The position numbers were made by a program, and so were the translations under genes. A DNA stretch of 63,983 nucleotides, filler included, from Basidioascus undulatus (lineage: Eukaryota): assembly GCA_000826855.1 (NCBI GenBank). It is 3 parts of 3 records of this genome, joined end to end, with 100 filler letters (N's around TTAATTAATTAA, not from the genome) between each part and the next. Parts side by side here need not be neighbours in the genome. Positions count along the whole stretch, not along the records: positions 21,879 to 43,625 come from JTLS01000321.1; positions 43,726 to 63,983 come from JTLS01000378.1; 1 more part is not named here. One strand, given 5' to 3'. Shown piece by piece: positions 38,127-50,588 of the stretch (within the stretch, counting starts at the first letter, position 1; the number at the start of each line of letters is the position of its first letter). The notes beneath the pieces were generated by a model. It searched no databases. It saw nothing but the letters and a program-made list of their open reading frames with translations, and was not told the DNA's origin.

Positions 38127-39612
38127 TCATGGCAGCGTCGAAGCTGGGAGGGTCGTCCAGTCCACCCCCTTCACGCTCGAGCATCAGCATAGGCACGCCA
38201 TGGGCAAATTGCAACGGTCGCACCTTCCCGTAGCGCTCCTTTATCCACTCGTCCGCCTGCTTGAAGTGGCCCGTGCCGAAGAAGCCTCTACGAGCGGAGA
38301 GCGGGGAAGGATGCGGCGACTGCAGGACGAGGTGCTTTGACTGTGCGTAGACGTAAGTCGGAAGTCATCGGTCGTGCCCAAGGTGTATAGGGGCTGTGAT
38401 TACGCACCTGGTCGATATCTTGCACCATCTTCTGCGCCCACAGCCCCCAAGCGAAGAAGACCAACCCCTTCTCGCTATGCCTTTGCGCAACGACTTCCAG
38501 CACGCTGTCATGGCGGAGAAAAGTCAACTGTGGCTGCGCATCGCAAGTAGAGTGAACGTACCGCTTGGTGAAGGCCTCCCATCCCTTCTTTCCGTGCGAC
38601 CCGGCCGCCTCCTTCCGGACCGTCAGGGTGCTGTTGAGGAGCAGGACGCCCGACTCCCTAGACCAGCGCGCAAGGTGACTGCAAGGCAAATAAGCTTAAG
38701 TAAACCGCCGTGGCCCTGGATAATGGAGGAGCGTACCCATGCGTAGGAGGGGTGAACCCTGGATATTCCGCTCTGCAGAAGAGGGCGTCAGCTGCAGTAA
38801 GGCAGCGGATGGAGGCCAAGAGGCAATCGTGGCGTACGCGAGCTCCTTGTAGATGTTCTTCAGCGACGGAGGAACCTTCACTCCCGGCTGGACGGAGAAT
38901 GCCAGTCCATGCGCTTGGCCAGGTCCGTGGTAGGGATCTTGGCCGCTGTGAGCGACGGTGCGTTAGCATCGCGCACGAGGGCGCGTGAAGCGAGAAAAGA
39001 CGTACACGATGACACAGCGCACATCGTCGATCGAGGTCAGGCGAGACCATGAGTAGATGTCCTCGCCTACGGACCAGCGATAGTTAGCCATCAGTCGCGA
39101 TGAACCCGGAAAGGGCAGGACACACGAGCAGGGAAGATCTTGTGTCCTGCCTTCTTCTCTTTCTCCAGGAACTCCTTCAACTGCCTCCGCCGGACAGTGA
39201 GCTGGGCGCGCGGGTATCGTAGAGATTGGACACTCACCTTCATGAACGACTCGCTCCGCATATCGCTCTCCAGCGCGTCCCACCACGACTTCCCCATCGT
39301 CGTCCGCTCCAGCTCGAGCAAGTCCGCATCCGCCTCCCCGTCTTCGTCCGCCTGTGCTGGAAGAAGGCGCTCAGGCAGCTGATTCTCCGCCGTGGACGGC
39401 GCGAGGACAGCCGCTTTGGCTGCGGCCGCAGGCTCGAGAACGGTCGTGAGCTTGTAGGATGCTGATGCCGCCACGGCCGCTGGGCGCGAGCCGTGCCGGA
39501 TCTTCTTGGAAGGAGGCGACACGGCGGATGGGACGCTCGCATGAAGAGCTGCGGAGGGCGGGAGGCTTGAGCTGCGGCGACGGACGAGCGTCGATGGTTT
39601 GGGGGGTGTCAT
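38127..39612 (-). CDS. UNG1: Uracil-DNA glycosylase (family 1)
   Basis: [67 protein letters not shown]. Confidence 0.97.
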
Positions 39613-40128
39613 TGCTGGTGGATGGTTGTGGAGAGAGGGCGAGAGCGATTCGGAAGACGCGACCAAGACGCGTCGCAAAGCTCAGCGCGTCCTACCGCTT
39701 CAAAGAACGGCAAACAATGCTGAGTGTCCCTGCGGATGACCGGAGATGTACATTTTGCTCCATATCGTATACATTTCTCATATCTGCTCCATTTCACGAC
39801 GTGTAGTCTCATGATGAATGTCGGCGTTGACCGTCCGGCGTTACAGCGTTGAGGAGACCCTGCCGTTCCGGCGTCTGATGAGACACCATTTAACGAGCAC
39901 CAGGCATTCGCTCCTGGGGAATTTTCTGATAATAAAATCGTGGAAAACTACCAGTCCAGAAGTTATGCGGCTCACTAGACAGTGGATGGAGGGCATTTTG
40001 TTGTAGCCCGAGCTTTCCTCATTCAACATCTGCCTAACGCAGCACAGCTACGCATTGCACCCTAACCGGACGTCCCTTCCTTAATTTGAATCCGTAAAAT
40101 CAGCAGAACGTGATTCATCTTATTCAAC

Positions 40129-40925
40129 CTAGTGAATATGGCGAGATGGGCAACAATTGATCTGAGCGACGTACAACTCCTCGCGGCGGAACCTCCGCTG
40201 TTTGCCTGCCATCCATTCCTCGCCGTCCTCCGCCCATTCGAGCACGTATGATTCCGCCTCTTCCTCCGAAACTTCCTGATCTAACCTAGAGGTCCAGTCA
40301 GGAGTGGGTTGAAGTTGACTATTGCATGAGCCCGACCACTGCAACAAACATAGCGTCGCAATGTAGAGAGATTTTGCGTAACTCACAAGGCTATGCATCC
40401 CATGAAAAAATCCGCCAGAGTCACTCCGTTCGGGTTCTCAACCCGTTGTACGACCTCAAACCGGAAGTCGTTGAGGACAATCTCCAGCTCGGTCGCGGGC
40501 GGCTGGATGGCGAGCGCGCACGCGAGTGGCCGGTGCGATAGAACCGGCGCACGCCAGGTGTCATCCCACTCCCACGGGAGCACAGATGTCGGCCACGTTG
40601 GTGACGTTTGGACAGAAACGAAGCTCCCATGTTGCGAACTCGGGGAGCGAATGAGTACGCCGGCCGCCTTTCCTTCGGTTCCGACGATTGCAGGGCGGAA
40701 CGCCCCCACTGCAGCAGCCCAGTCAGGCACGCCTAGCTCTCGCTTGCCGGAAAAGACACTGGAATGCCACAGCCGAGGGCGCGCAAGGCCGCGAGCTAGC
40801 GCTTCGGGAGTCGAGTGCGCACGGAAGGCGCGACAGGTGCGCAAAGGTGCGACGATTGACGTGAGATCGAGTGGAGCGAAAATTTGATCGAGCAGTTTGA
40901 CGGGCTGGTCAGGCAGTGTGGTCAT
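40129..40925 (-). CDS. F-box-like hypothetical protein
   Basis: MTTLPDQPVKLLDQIFAPLD...LRTCRAFR at the N-terminus; VENPNGVTLADF motif; one intron near 40330-40385. Confidence 0.5.
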
Positions 40926-41342
40926 GGTGGTCGGCAAGAGGTCAAAGATGAGAGCTCAAGTCAAGAGGGTGGGGCCTGTCCACGGGCCTACTACGCTTTT
41001 CTTGAAATCTGCTTGTCGGCTTCATAGGTGTGCGGCACGCCGTGTTCTAAGTGCATTTCGATCTTTGTCCGAATGAAAGAAAGTAGTATAAAGTGAAATG
41101 CAATGCAACGTCGAAATGTCAGCTGATAGTTTGCAGTGTCAGACGCAGCGGACCTGGTTCAAAGGTGGTATTTGGTTCATCCAGATCACTGCGAATGATG
41201 TACACTACGGAATGCCGGAACAATGCGCTACTTGTCGAAGGGTAACAGTGCGATGCGAAGAGAGAAAAAGCAGAAGTGTCAAGAACCCAATAAGAAAGGC
41301 TACCGGTGATCCGGTCCGTACGCTGCACCCTGCAGCGCGCCG

Positions 41343-43522
41343 TCAACGCCTCTTGGAGGCGGAGGCGGAGTTGCGCGCGGCTTGCTTGCTGCATGTCCAG
41401 ACACGCTCAGTCAGCCATTTCCCACGAAATAGAAAGAGTTGCCGAGTGTGTGCAGAAGAGAGAGGAAGAAGGAAGACGCACGCTGCCTCCGCCGCCCTCC
41501 GCGCACGCTTCTCCTCCTCCATCATCGCCGCCTCGCGGTTCATCGCAGCGACTTTCTGGGTAGAGGGGAAGCCCTGCGCGAAGGAACGAACAGCAGATCA
41601 GCCTTATCAGCCTTCTTTAGCATCGCAATCGGACGAGGTGGGAGAAAGGCACGCACAACTTCCCTGGTGGGCGTGGAACAATCCAAGGTCAGGTCAGCCT
41701 GTCCGCCACGAGAAAAAGTCAGGGAAACGGACCAATAACCCGGTGGAGTCTTCGCGCGGTCCCTGTTCGTCCCCCAATCCTCGATCAATCGGTGCTTCCG
41801 CCTCCCCTCCCCAAGCTGCGATCGCAGACACACCACTTCGCGCGATGCCGGGACGTATCGTTCTTGTGCATCTCCATCTCCCGCTTCCGCCTCCTCTCCG
41901 CCTGGCGGGCACTCTCGACGGCGGCGTCCCGCGTCGGGCTACGCTCGTTGTCGTCCGCGTCCTCGTCCTGCCAGATCGGACCTTGCGGGCGAGGGACGGG
42001 TTTGACGACTTCGTAGTACTATCTCGCGGTCCGGATACAGTCGGTCAGCGCGGGTTGCAGGTGAGAAGAGCGAAAGGAGAGGAACATAAGGGAGACCCGA
42101 TGCACCTCGCGGCAGCACTCGCAGTCCCCGCCGTGGAGCGCGGCGCGCTCGTCCCGCTTGCGGACGACGGCGTCGTACGCGAACGGCAGGCCGTCGTTCG
42201 TCTTGGGGTCGATGGGGTACAGTCTGTTGAGGCCCTCATCCTCTGGGCTGTCGTCCGTTCCCATTTCAATCAGACTTAGCTTCAAAAGCACTTTCCTTGG
42301 ACGCACCGAGGGATAGACGTCGCGTAGCGACCGCGGCCCTTGTACTATTCGGCGATGAAGACAAGAGTTTCAGCAACGACTGATCGCCTACCGGGAACAT
42401 GGCCGGAAGGGCTAACGCACCTTGTATGGGTCCTTCTCCAATTCCGCTATGCCCTTCCTTCGCACCGAGCGAAGGTAGCGCTCCCACTCGAGTCCTTCCA
42501 GCGGCCCAGTGGGCGTCTCGAACTGCCCCTCCCCGCCGCTGCCGTCCTCCCTGATCGGCGTCGCACGTCCGCCCTGCGCCGTATAAAGTGGACATGTGAG
42601 TCAAACCCCACCGAGCTGATGAGAAACTGCGCACGCACATCTTCCACCCGCGGGCGCTTCGACCCAGGTGTCTCTCGCGCCTCCCCCCGCGCCTTCTTCC
42701 GCGAGCTTCCGATGACGTCGCTGCACGACGGAAGGCGCGATGGGCCCGTGCGATTGACGTCGGGGCTCAGGTCCGCCAACGCAGCGGAGCGCTTTAGCGG
42801 CGTAGAGGCGCGCTCCTGTTGATGGGAATTGTTAGTGGAAGAAGCTGAGCGAATGAAAGGATTCGCGAGAACGAAGACGCACCTTGCGCGAGCTCCCGCT
42901 GTCATCGCCCGCCCGGGCGCTCCGCATATTGGTCTAGCATGAAGGTCAGTAGAAAGGTCGAACACAAGGGTGGGAAGCGCAGCGAAGAATAAGATACGGA
43001 GGAAAAAGAAGACGCACCTTTCTCGCGCCCTCGCTGCCGTAGGCAGTAACTCCGCCCGCGCTGCTCTGCGTCTTCGTACCTCCGGACTGTCAGCAATCAC
43101 GCACGAGAACGCTTGAGACCCAAACGAACAAATACGCACCTTCCTCGCGCTTCCAACCTCCTCCCGCTCCTTGCCCTTCGGCGTCTTCGCATCAACGCCA
43201 GTTTCAGCCCAAAGCACCAAGGAAAGGAGAAGGACAAGCAACACCAAAGACGCACCTTCCCCGCGCTCCTGGAATGCTCCCCTTCCTTGCCCTGAGGCGT
43301 CTACGTGCGGCATAGCTGTTAGCCAAACGCCGCAAGGGGAAGGGTGGGGGGGAGAGCGAAAGACGATGTACCTTCGCCTGTGCATGCGGGGAGAAGAGGA
43401 TCTCGAAGTCGTCCGGGGTCGGATTGGGGTCTGCCCCAGAGGCGGCGGGGGGTGAGCGCTTGACGTCTGCGGGCGTGCGGATCGTTCGGGGCGGGGCGCT
43501 GCGGACTATTGCGGACCTTCAT
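41343..43522 (-). CDS. SAE2: Sae2/CtIP (Ctp1) DNA end-resection factor
   Basis: C-terminal domain: FAYDAVVRKRDERAALHGGDCECCREYY, SRHR, KTPPGYWEVGFPSTQ (via a 7-nt micro-exon). The start codon is tentative. Confidence 0.88.
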
Positions 43523-43625
43523 TGGGCGGGGTGGGGCGGGTGAATGTGAGTGGAAGATGGGAGACGGAGCGGTGGAATGTGGAATGCGGGTTGAGACGAG
43601 AGGAAAGGAGACACACTTCCGAAGG

Positions 43626-43725
43626 NNNNNNNNNNNNNNNNNNNNNNNNNNNNNNNNNNNNNNNNNNNNTTAATTAATTAANNNNNNNNNNNNNNNNNNN
43701 NNNNNNNNNNNNNNNNNNNNNNNNN
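43626..43725. other. Artificial contig-joining linker
   Basis: 44 N + TTAATTAATTAA + 44 N. Confidence 0.97.
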
Positions 43726-44209
43726 AGAGGAGGGGTTTCTGGGTAGTGGGGGTCTCATTTCATTGCGGTGAGGGTGAGCGCTCAACCTCGGTTGGTTGCC
43801 CACCCACCCGATGGACAGAGATTCCACGCCCGGCGCCTCCACGTATGCGCGCACAGAGGGCGCAATACCACCATCCGCAGTGAGTGGGGCACAGAAGACG
43901 CTCAGTGAATCTCGACCCGAGGTTGCACACGAACCACCCACTGGAGGACCCCTCTTCAACCACCCTTGTGACTGGCAGTCGACAGTGGAGCGCGGCATCG
44001 ACGCCCGTCTCATAGGTTGCACTTTCCTAGTACACAAGCTCTTAGAAGAGGCTGATCAGCCTCCAGCTAGGATCTTCGAGAACAGCCATCTATGAGCCAG
44101 TGCCAGAGGCAGGTAGGTAGTCTAAAGGCGCACAATGCTGATCAATGTCCGCCAGGCCGTCCAGCCTCGAGGCACAATATTGGATGAAGCGCCTCGTGTT
44201 TCTGGCACT
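43726..44209 (+). ncRNA. Candidate structured non-coding RNA, family unassigned
   Basis: Many nested complementary segments with G-U pairs favouring the + strand (listed under findings); no credible spliced ORF. Confidence 0.35.
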
Positions 44210-44760
44210 CAATATTTTCACACACACCCATGTCTTGAGATATCATACAGATCAGAGTAGTCTTTTGTCGGAATGGTTGCTGATGGTCGCAGCGACCGTT
44301 CCGACATGTGTTTCAGCGCGTTTGCTCGGAAAAGCGCAGAAATTGGCACGAAACGCGCTGAGGCCGCCTCGTGTGCGACACTGCCGCAGCAGGGACGGCT
44401 GACCGTTCCTCAAAAAAAGCCCTTTCCCGGTAAACTCCTAACCTCGAGCCTGGCTGCATCGTTGCAAAAATTCAGTGCATCGCAGTCGCATATCAGCCAG
44501 AGCCAGCATGAAACCAGCCATCTTGCCAGGCTCGTTCGGGGATTCGCGAAAGCAGGATTGGGTCGTGTCTAATAAAGTTGACTTGCTTTTCGGTCCGGAA
44601 TGGAAAGGCAGGGCGAGAACGCGCCGAGCCTTGTCCGCCTCCCGTGCTGCCCCTCTCTTTCTTCCATCCACTACCGCCTCCTCGCTCGGCATACCCTTGC
44701 CCTTACTTTCGCGCACGCTTTCCTTCTCCCACCCATTTAATCCCCCAGAGACTGCCAACC

Positions 44761-45828
44761 ATGGTCCGCATCCTCACTATCGCCGCCGCAGCCGCGACGC
44801 TCGCCACCGCCGCGAGCGCGCTCGAGTTCTACCTCCCTGATGAGGTGCGTGCTTCCTTGGGGCCCAGTGGCGGTTCTCCATGCTGAGCTCAGTATCTTGG
44901 ACTCTGTAGAACCACTGGTGGATCTCTTCGCGCTCGCAGCTTGCGTGAGTCCTTCATTTGCGATGCGAGAGCGTGGCGAGGTGGTGTTGATAGACCGGGA
45001 TGGTGGGGGGGCAGCGCGTGGACCCGCAACTCGACGGACCAGCCCAACTTCGACCTCTGGGTGACCAACCCGGACGAGAAGCTCCTCCCGCCGAAGTGCG
45101 TATCCTCGCGTTCCCTCCACAGCCACGTTCCGTCGCGTGCGGGCGGGCACTGATCGTGCTGGGCTGCGTCGCGCAGGATCGCCATCGCCCAGGGCAACGT
45201 CGACATCACCCGCGAGTCGCTGGAGATCCCTAACAACGGTCTGTCACCCTCCCTCTGCAGCACTCCTGCCCCTTCGTAAACGCATCGCTCATATCGCACT
45301 GTGTCCCCTTCCACAGCTGGCGTCAACCTCAACCCGGGCGACAACTACCGGCTGATCGCCGTCCAGGTCAGCCAGGACCCGGTACGTTTGCGGTCTCGCT
45401 CGATCGGATCCCTTGTGGGTGATGGTGTCGTTTCTGACTAGGAGTTAATCTTGGGGATTACAGCGTGACGAGCAGTACATCTTCGCGACGTCCAAGCCGT
45501 TTACCATCAAGGCCGCGGGCGGTGAGCACCTCTCCCCTTCCCTTCCCCCCACTTTCCCCTTCCCCACTACCACATTCCCTGCTCGGGCTCGCCCCTCAAT
45601 CCGAAACGACAAACTGATCTGCTCCGTTGCCGCCCAATAGCCGCCTACCCCGACGCCCCCGTCACCACCCCCGGTGCGACCCCGTCGAGCGCGACGGACA
45701 GCACCGCCGCCGCGACGGGCACGTCCGCGGCGGACGACAACAACGGCAACAACTCTGCGGGCCGCACCGCCGCCGGCGGCGTCCTCGGCGTCGCTGCTGT
45801 GCTCGTCAGCGCCGCTGCAATGCTCTGA
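44761..45828 (+). CDS. Secreted GPI-anchored Ser/Thr-rich cell-surface protein, paralog 1
   Basis: Signal peptide, LEFYLPDENHWW, beta-rich domain ending IFATSKPFTIKAAG, S/T/A-rich stalk, hydrophobic C-terminal GPI signal GVLGVAAVLVSAAAML*. Confidence 0.82.
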
Positions 45829-46491
45829 GCGCCGCGCCGTGCCTCCCATTCCTTATGGACCTGTTCCCCACTCTTTCGCTCGCTCGCTGTTGCCTTTTCA
45901 ACTTTTACTTTTTTTCGACTTCTACTTTCACTGGAACATGTTTTCTGAAGAACTCTCGTATACTCCTCGATACTCCCAGCGCCCGTAGAGGCGGCTGATA
46001 CTCCCTCCCCTACCCTTTGCATGCCTTCGTCGCTCGTATAGTTTAGTCGGTCTTTACACGAATTAGCATGTTGTGCGTGATTTTCTCTGGGCATTGCCGT
46101 GTGCGGACAGGCGAGGGTTGCTGGAGTCCATTCATATACGCGCCTCACCCTGCAGCGAGGCTGTCAACGACCTCGACGTTGCATTCCGTGGAGCACGCGT
46201 CGTCTCAGCACCACCCATAAACCTGTTAAAAATCCCTTTCACCATTGTCTTCTGTCATCTTTGTTATAACATTTGGAGCCGCACACCAAAAAAGAAACGA
46301 CTGCGGTTTCTCGACAGGCAGCCCGACCCCGGCCTTGCTAATCCTGGCGCGTCGAGGCCTATGTTCGCTTCGTGCCTCCTCGTGCCTTCTCAGGACTCCC
46401 CCTCTTTCTCTCCATTGATCGTTCCTTCATCATCCTCCCCTCCCCTTTCCCTCCTCCCATCTTTACACCCAGCCATCTACACGACCTCACG

Positions 46492-47442
46492 ATGCTCGCC
46501 CGTCTTGCCGCCGTCGCGCTCGCTAGCGCCAAGCTGGAGCTTTATCTGCCGGACGATGACCACTGGTGGTGCGGGCGATCTCAGTGCAGTATTCTTGAAG
46601 ATAAGGAGAAGTTGACGTGAGGCATCGCGTATGAAGGATCGCCTCGACCAACCAGACGTTCGCGTGGACTGGGACGGACCTGACTGAGTTCATTGCGTGG
46701 GTGCGTGTGTGCTCCGCCCCGCACCGATTTGGGGCTAGTGTTGAAATTGGGGGGAACAGATCACGAATAACTACTCGTCCCTTCTCGCTGGCGGGTGAGT
46801 GCTTTTCTAGTAGGACACTGGGCGAGAAGGGTTGCTGACTTGAAATGGGTGGGACGCGCAGTCTCGGTGCTGTTTCTCGGACTGTGCCTTATAAGTGGGT
46901 TTGTACTAAGGGAGGAATGAGAATGGGACCTGATTATAGGGGACAGCCGCCGACCTCTCGTACGAGCTCAAGGACACCGACGCGGTCACGTTCAACGCCG
47001 GAAAGGGGTATGAACTGGTTCGCTTCCGGTCTTGTTCAATGCGAACAGGCGGAGTGCTCACAGCATGTTTGTTTTCTTGATAGATCCTTGTGAAGTGGCT
47101 CTGCTGATTCACCTACGATGGTTCTGGGAAACACAGCGCAACGAGGCCGACATTTACGCGAGGGGTCCTTCTTTCGAAGTGAAGGCCAAGGGCAGTACGT
47201 TCATTTGCCTGTTTCTCCGTTTCTTCCCACTGAGCCCATCCACGGATTGTCCGCAGGTGAGTATCCCACCGTCCCCACGGCGACCGCCGGCGACAGCGCG
47301 AGCTCGTCCACCGGCACCGACACGAACACCGCCGCCTCTTCGATTTCCACCAGCTCCGACAACAAGGACAACGGCGCGTTCGCAGACGCACCCGCGGCGG
47401 TCGGGCGTGCTTGCGGCCGTTGGTCTCGCCGCGCTGCTCTGA
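46492..47442 (+). CDS. Ser/Thr-rich cell-surface protein, paralog 2 (frameshift in the GPI signal)
   Basis: LELYLPDDDHWW, FAWTG, DIYARGPSFEVKAKG and an S/T stalk. The GVLAAVGLAALL* tail is out of frame by one extra G at 47403-47405. Confidence 0.75.
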
Positions 47443-48046
47443 GCGATCATGTAGTGGACTCGCATTCGGAGAGACATCGTCGCTCGACCCTTCGCGTCTT
47501 GACTACATACCCTGTTCAATCAACACCGTACCGGGAGGCGAAACTATCACACGAGTTATTTTAATGTCATTCGCTTTGATTGATCTCGCAATGGCGCGGG
47601 CTTCGGCATGAGTGTAGATACTCACGCGTTAGCGTCTGAGTCTGGTTGTTCGGCCGCCAAGCACTGTCCCTCAAGGCGCGGAAGGACGCGTCGCCGACGC
47701 GTCGCGTCTGTTGATCATGAGAACATTTCTTACCATTTGCAACACAAAAATACGCTCAAATTATATTGCTTTTATGCGATCGGTCGCTGAAGGCCTGGCG
47801 GGCCGACCGCCTAAAAGTTGGCACGAACCCCGACATCCGCAGTCGGCCTTTCTGCACGAAGACCCTCTTCGCTCGCCCACTAGCGACTATTATCGCACAC
47901 ATCTGCATTCTGCACCGGTCGTGCCTCTTTGCATCACTCCCCCATTATTTCCTCCCTCGTTCCTTCATCTCTTTCCTTCCTCCCACCGTCACCCCCCTGC
48001 CAACTCTCACGCCCGTCCGGCACGAATCCGAGGAACTCGTACCGTG

Positions 48047-49058
48047 ATGCTCGCCCGCCTTGCTGCCGCTGCTTTTGCTGCCTCCGCGCTCGTCGCGACT
48101 GCTAGCGCGACGCTGGAAGTTTATTTGCCGGATGAGAACCACTGGTGGTGAGTAACCGCAAGCTGCGAGCGTCGATGGCCAGAGGTGAACGTGGCGGAGG
48201 TGCGGGCAGGGTCACTGGCAGCGACCAGCTTTTCGCGTGGACCGGTAACGACCCTCCTGAGTTCATCGCTTGGGTAAGTACACTCTGGGTAAATAAGGGC
48301 GCAAACACGTATATTGAATGAGAGGGGACGTACAGATCACCAACAAGGACGAGGCGATTCTCCCGGGCGGGTGAGCGTCTTCTCAGAGCTGTGAGTTGAG
48401 GGGTAGGGTTGCTGAGGAGACACTCTCAGTCTCGGTGCCGTGTCCAACAAAGTCCAATGTACTTTCAGCCCCGAATCCTGACTCACGAAGGAGGCTGACG
48501 GTTTCCCATAGCCTACGACCTTTCCCACGTCCTCAACTCTACGGCTGCCACTGCGTACAAGGTCGGCAAAGGCTACCGCCTGGTACGTATTTCTCGCTTC
48601 CAGCTAGAGTTTAGTCAGAGGATTGAATCCAGAAACCTCCCAAAAGATTCTTGTGAACCCTGACGGTGACCCTGTGAGTACATTTTGTATCAAGCTGACC
48701 TTGATCACGGTATACTGACCCCTCTGCTCAATACAGCACAAGGAGTCTGACATCTTCGCGACGTCCGCTGAGTTCGAGATCAAGCCCAAAGGCAGTAAGT
48801 GCTGCTGGCCGCAGGCTTGAGCACTCAATCACTTGGGCGTCCTGAGCTGATGTGTCTTCTTCCTCAGGCACTTACCCTGACGCGGCTACGTCCACCGGCG
48901 GCGCGGGCGCCACGAGCAGCGCCGCGAGTGGCACGGACACTGCCTCAGCTGCGGGCGCGTCCGCAACCGACGGTGCCAACAACGACAACGGCGCTCTCGC
49001 TGCTGCCCCCGCCGCTGTCGGGATCCTCGCTGGCTTTGGGCTCGCGGCCCTCCTCTGA
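48047..49058 (+). CDS. Secreted GPI-anchored Ser/Thr-rich cell-surface protein, paralog 3
   Basis: MLARLAAAAFAASALVATASA, LEVYLPDENHWW, FAWTG, DIFATSAEFEIKPKG, S/T/A stalk, AVGILAGFGLAALL*. Confidence 0.82.
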
Positions 49059-49595
49059 GAGCTTCTAACAACCCGTTCTTGAACTGAGCTCACCGAGTAC
49101 TCTGGCATTCGCAACGTGACTCCGGCGGGTTGGGATAGTCGCTCTTTGCTGTAATAGCAATCTTTACGCCTTCAAGCGCTGCTGTCCATCATTTTAGATC
49201 TTTAATCACCGCCTTTATCCACCGCCTTTATTATCGAATTCCTGCTGCTACGGCTCTTGGATCGAACGTGATAAACGACCTGCGCTGCACTGACGGTCTC
49301 GCAGTTGATCAGCGGCCCAGCGCGCATCCGAAGACGAGGGGATCAGGGCAAGGTATCGCCTTCGACGTGAGCGACTGTAAAGGTTCCAACCAGTGTTATG
49401 CAGTTGTGTGCCAGGCTGCCCATGCCCATAGTGTGTCATTATTCGATTAAAAATTACATGCCAATCGATGGATAGGTGCCCATAGTAGGTGGCAGTACAT
49501 AGCTGACACTGTCAGTATTTTCGTCGCGTTCTCCGTCTTCCACCCTCCCTCCCTCTTTCCTCTACCTTCGCCTCGCTCCTTTCCTTACCTTCGCA

Positions 49596-50439
49596 GCGAA
49601 CATTGCCCAGTACCATAAACTTCCACCCGATGTCCTGCTGACGATCTTTCAAGATCACTTGCTCCCCTCATTCAATTCGACTGTGGATGGCCGTGCAAAA
49701 GCGGGCACAACCATGGCCCGTCTCGCTCGCGTCTCGAGGGACTTCTTCGTCGTCCGTCATCTCCCTTCATAGCAGAGGTCTACACGATCGGCATCATTGA
49801 CTGCTCTCCACCCTACTACTAGCTCTTCAACGAGCGACTCTATACTTCACCGGTGGTGATCACCAATGCCTCCGCGTCCTCGCTGGCTCGAACGCTCAAG
49901 TCGCGTCCGGACCTCGCTCGCCTCATCAAAACACTCTACCTCGCTAACACCGACGTCATGCTCTGGGTCGCCCTTTTGTTCCACGTCGGGCCCTCTATAC
50001 AATCGCTCTACCTTCTCCCGACCGAGCCCGTGTTCAGACCGGGTTGGCGCAACCCTCCCGCCGGCCGCGCCATGCGCACCGTCGAACCGATCCTCACCCA
50101 ATCGCTGCCGCCTCTGCCTCCTACTGGGCTGTTCACGGCATTCCCTGTACCCCGCCGTCTCTCGAAGCTCTCTGGTTCGTCAACGTCCCTCCTGTGCACC
50201 TACAGGCCATGGTCCGCAAGCATGCCGGGCTGAGGATGGTCCGATGGATCGACAACGCTGCCTCTCGAGAAATAGTACCCCTGAGAGAGGTGACCGCTGT
50301 GGTGGAAATTTTGGAGGAGGTGGATGGAGAGGGAAGGGTGATGAGGTTGTGGAGAAGGGATACAGAGACGGGCGAAGTGGAGTGCAGCGAGGCGGAGCGG
50401 GGGCAGGCGGTCGACTGGGAGAAGCTTGGAAAGGCCTAA
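49596..50439 (+). pseudogene. F-box-like gene with an apparent frameshift
   Basis: KLPPDVLLTIF...LARVSRDFF and LARTLKSRPDLARLIKTL. The protein-like frame switches near 50160, and no clear ATG is visible. Confidence 0.4.
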
Positions 50440-50588
50440 TGCATCATCCGTCCTTGGTGTATGTTCTGAGATCATACAGTAGATGTGCAGGGCGAGTGGT
50501 CACAGCCTCTCCCTCTCTACAGCTTGTCGGCCAAGCAAGGCGGGTGCGTCTGCTTAACCGCTTTGCTCAGTCGCAAGCACACTAAGGC

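Noticed and set aside
1059..43522. Functional cluster of pyrimidine-salvage and DNA-repair genes (IDCase, UNG1, SAE2)
   Set aside because: The genes are far apart, separated by unrelated genes and an artificial linker; no thymine hydroxylase is seen.
44009..44100. Assignment of the structured region to snR30/U17
   Set aside because: TTCCTA and GCCAT only loosely resemble the m1/m2 motifs; the spacing is wrong and there is no terminal ACA box.
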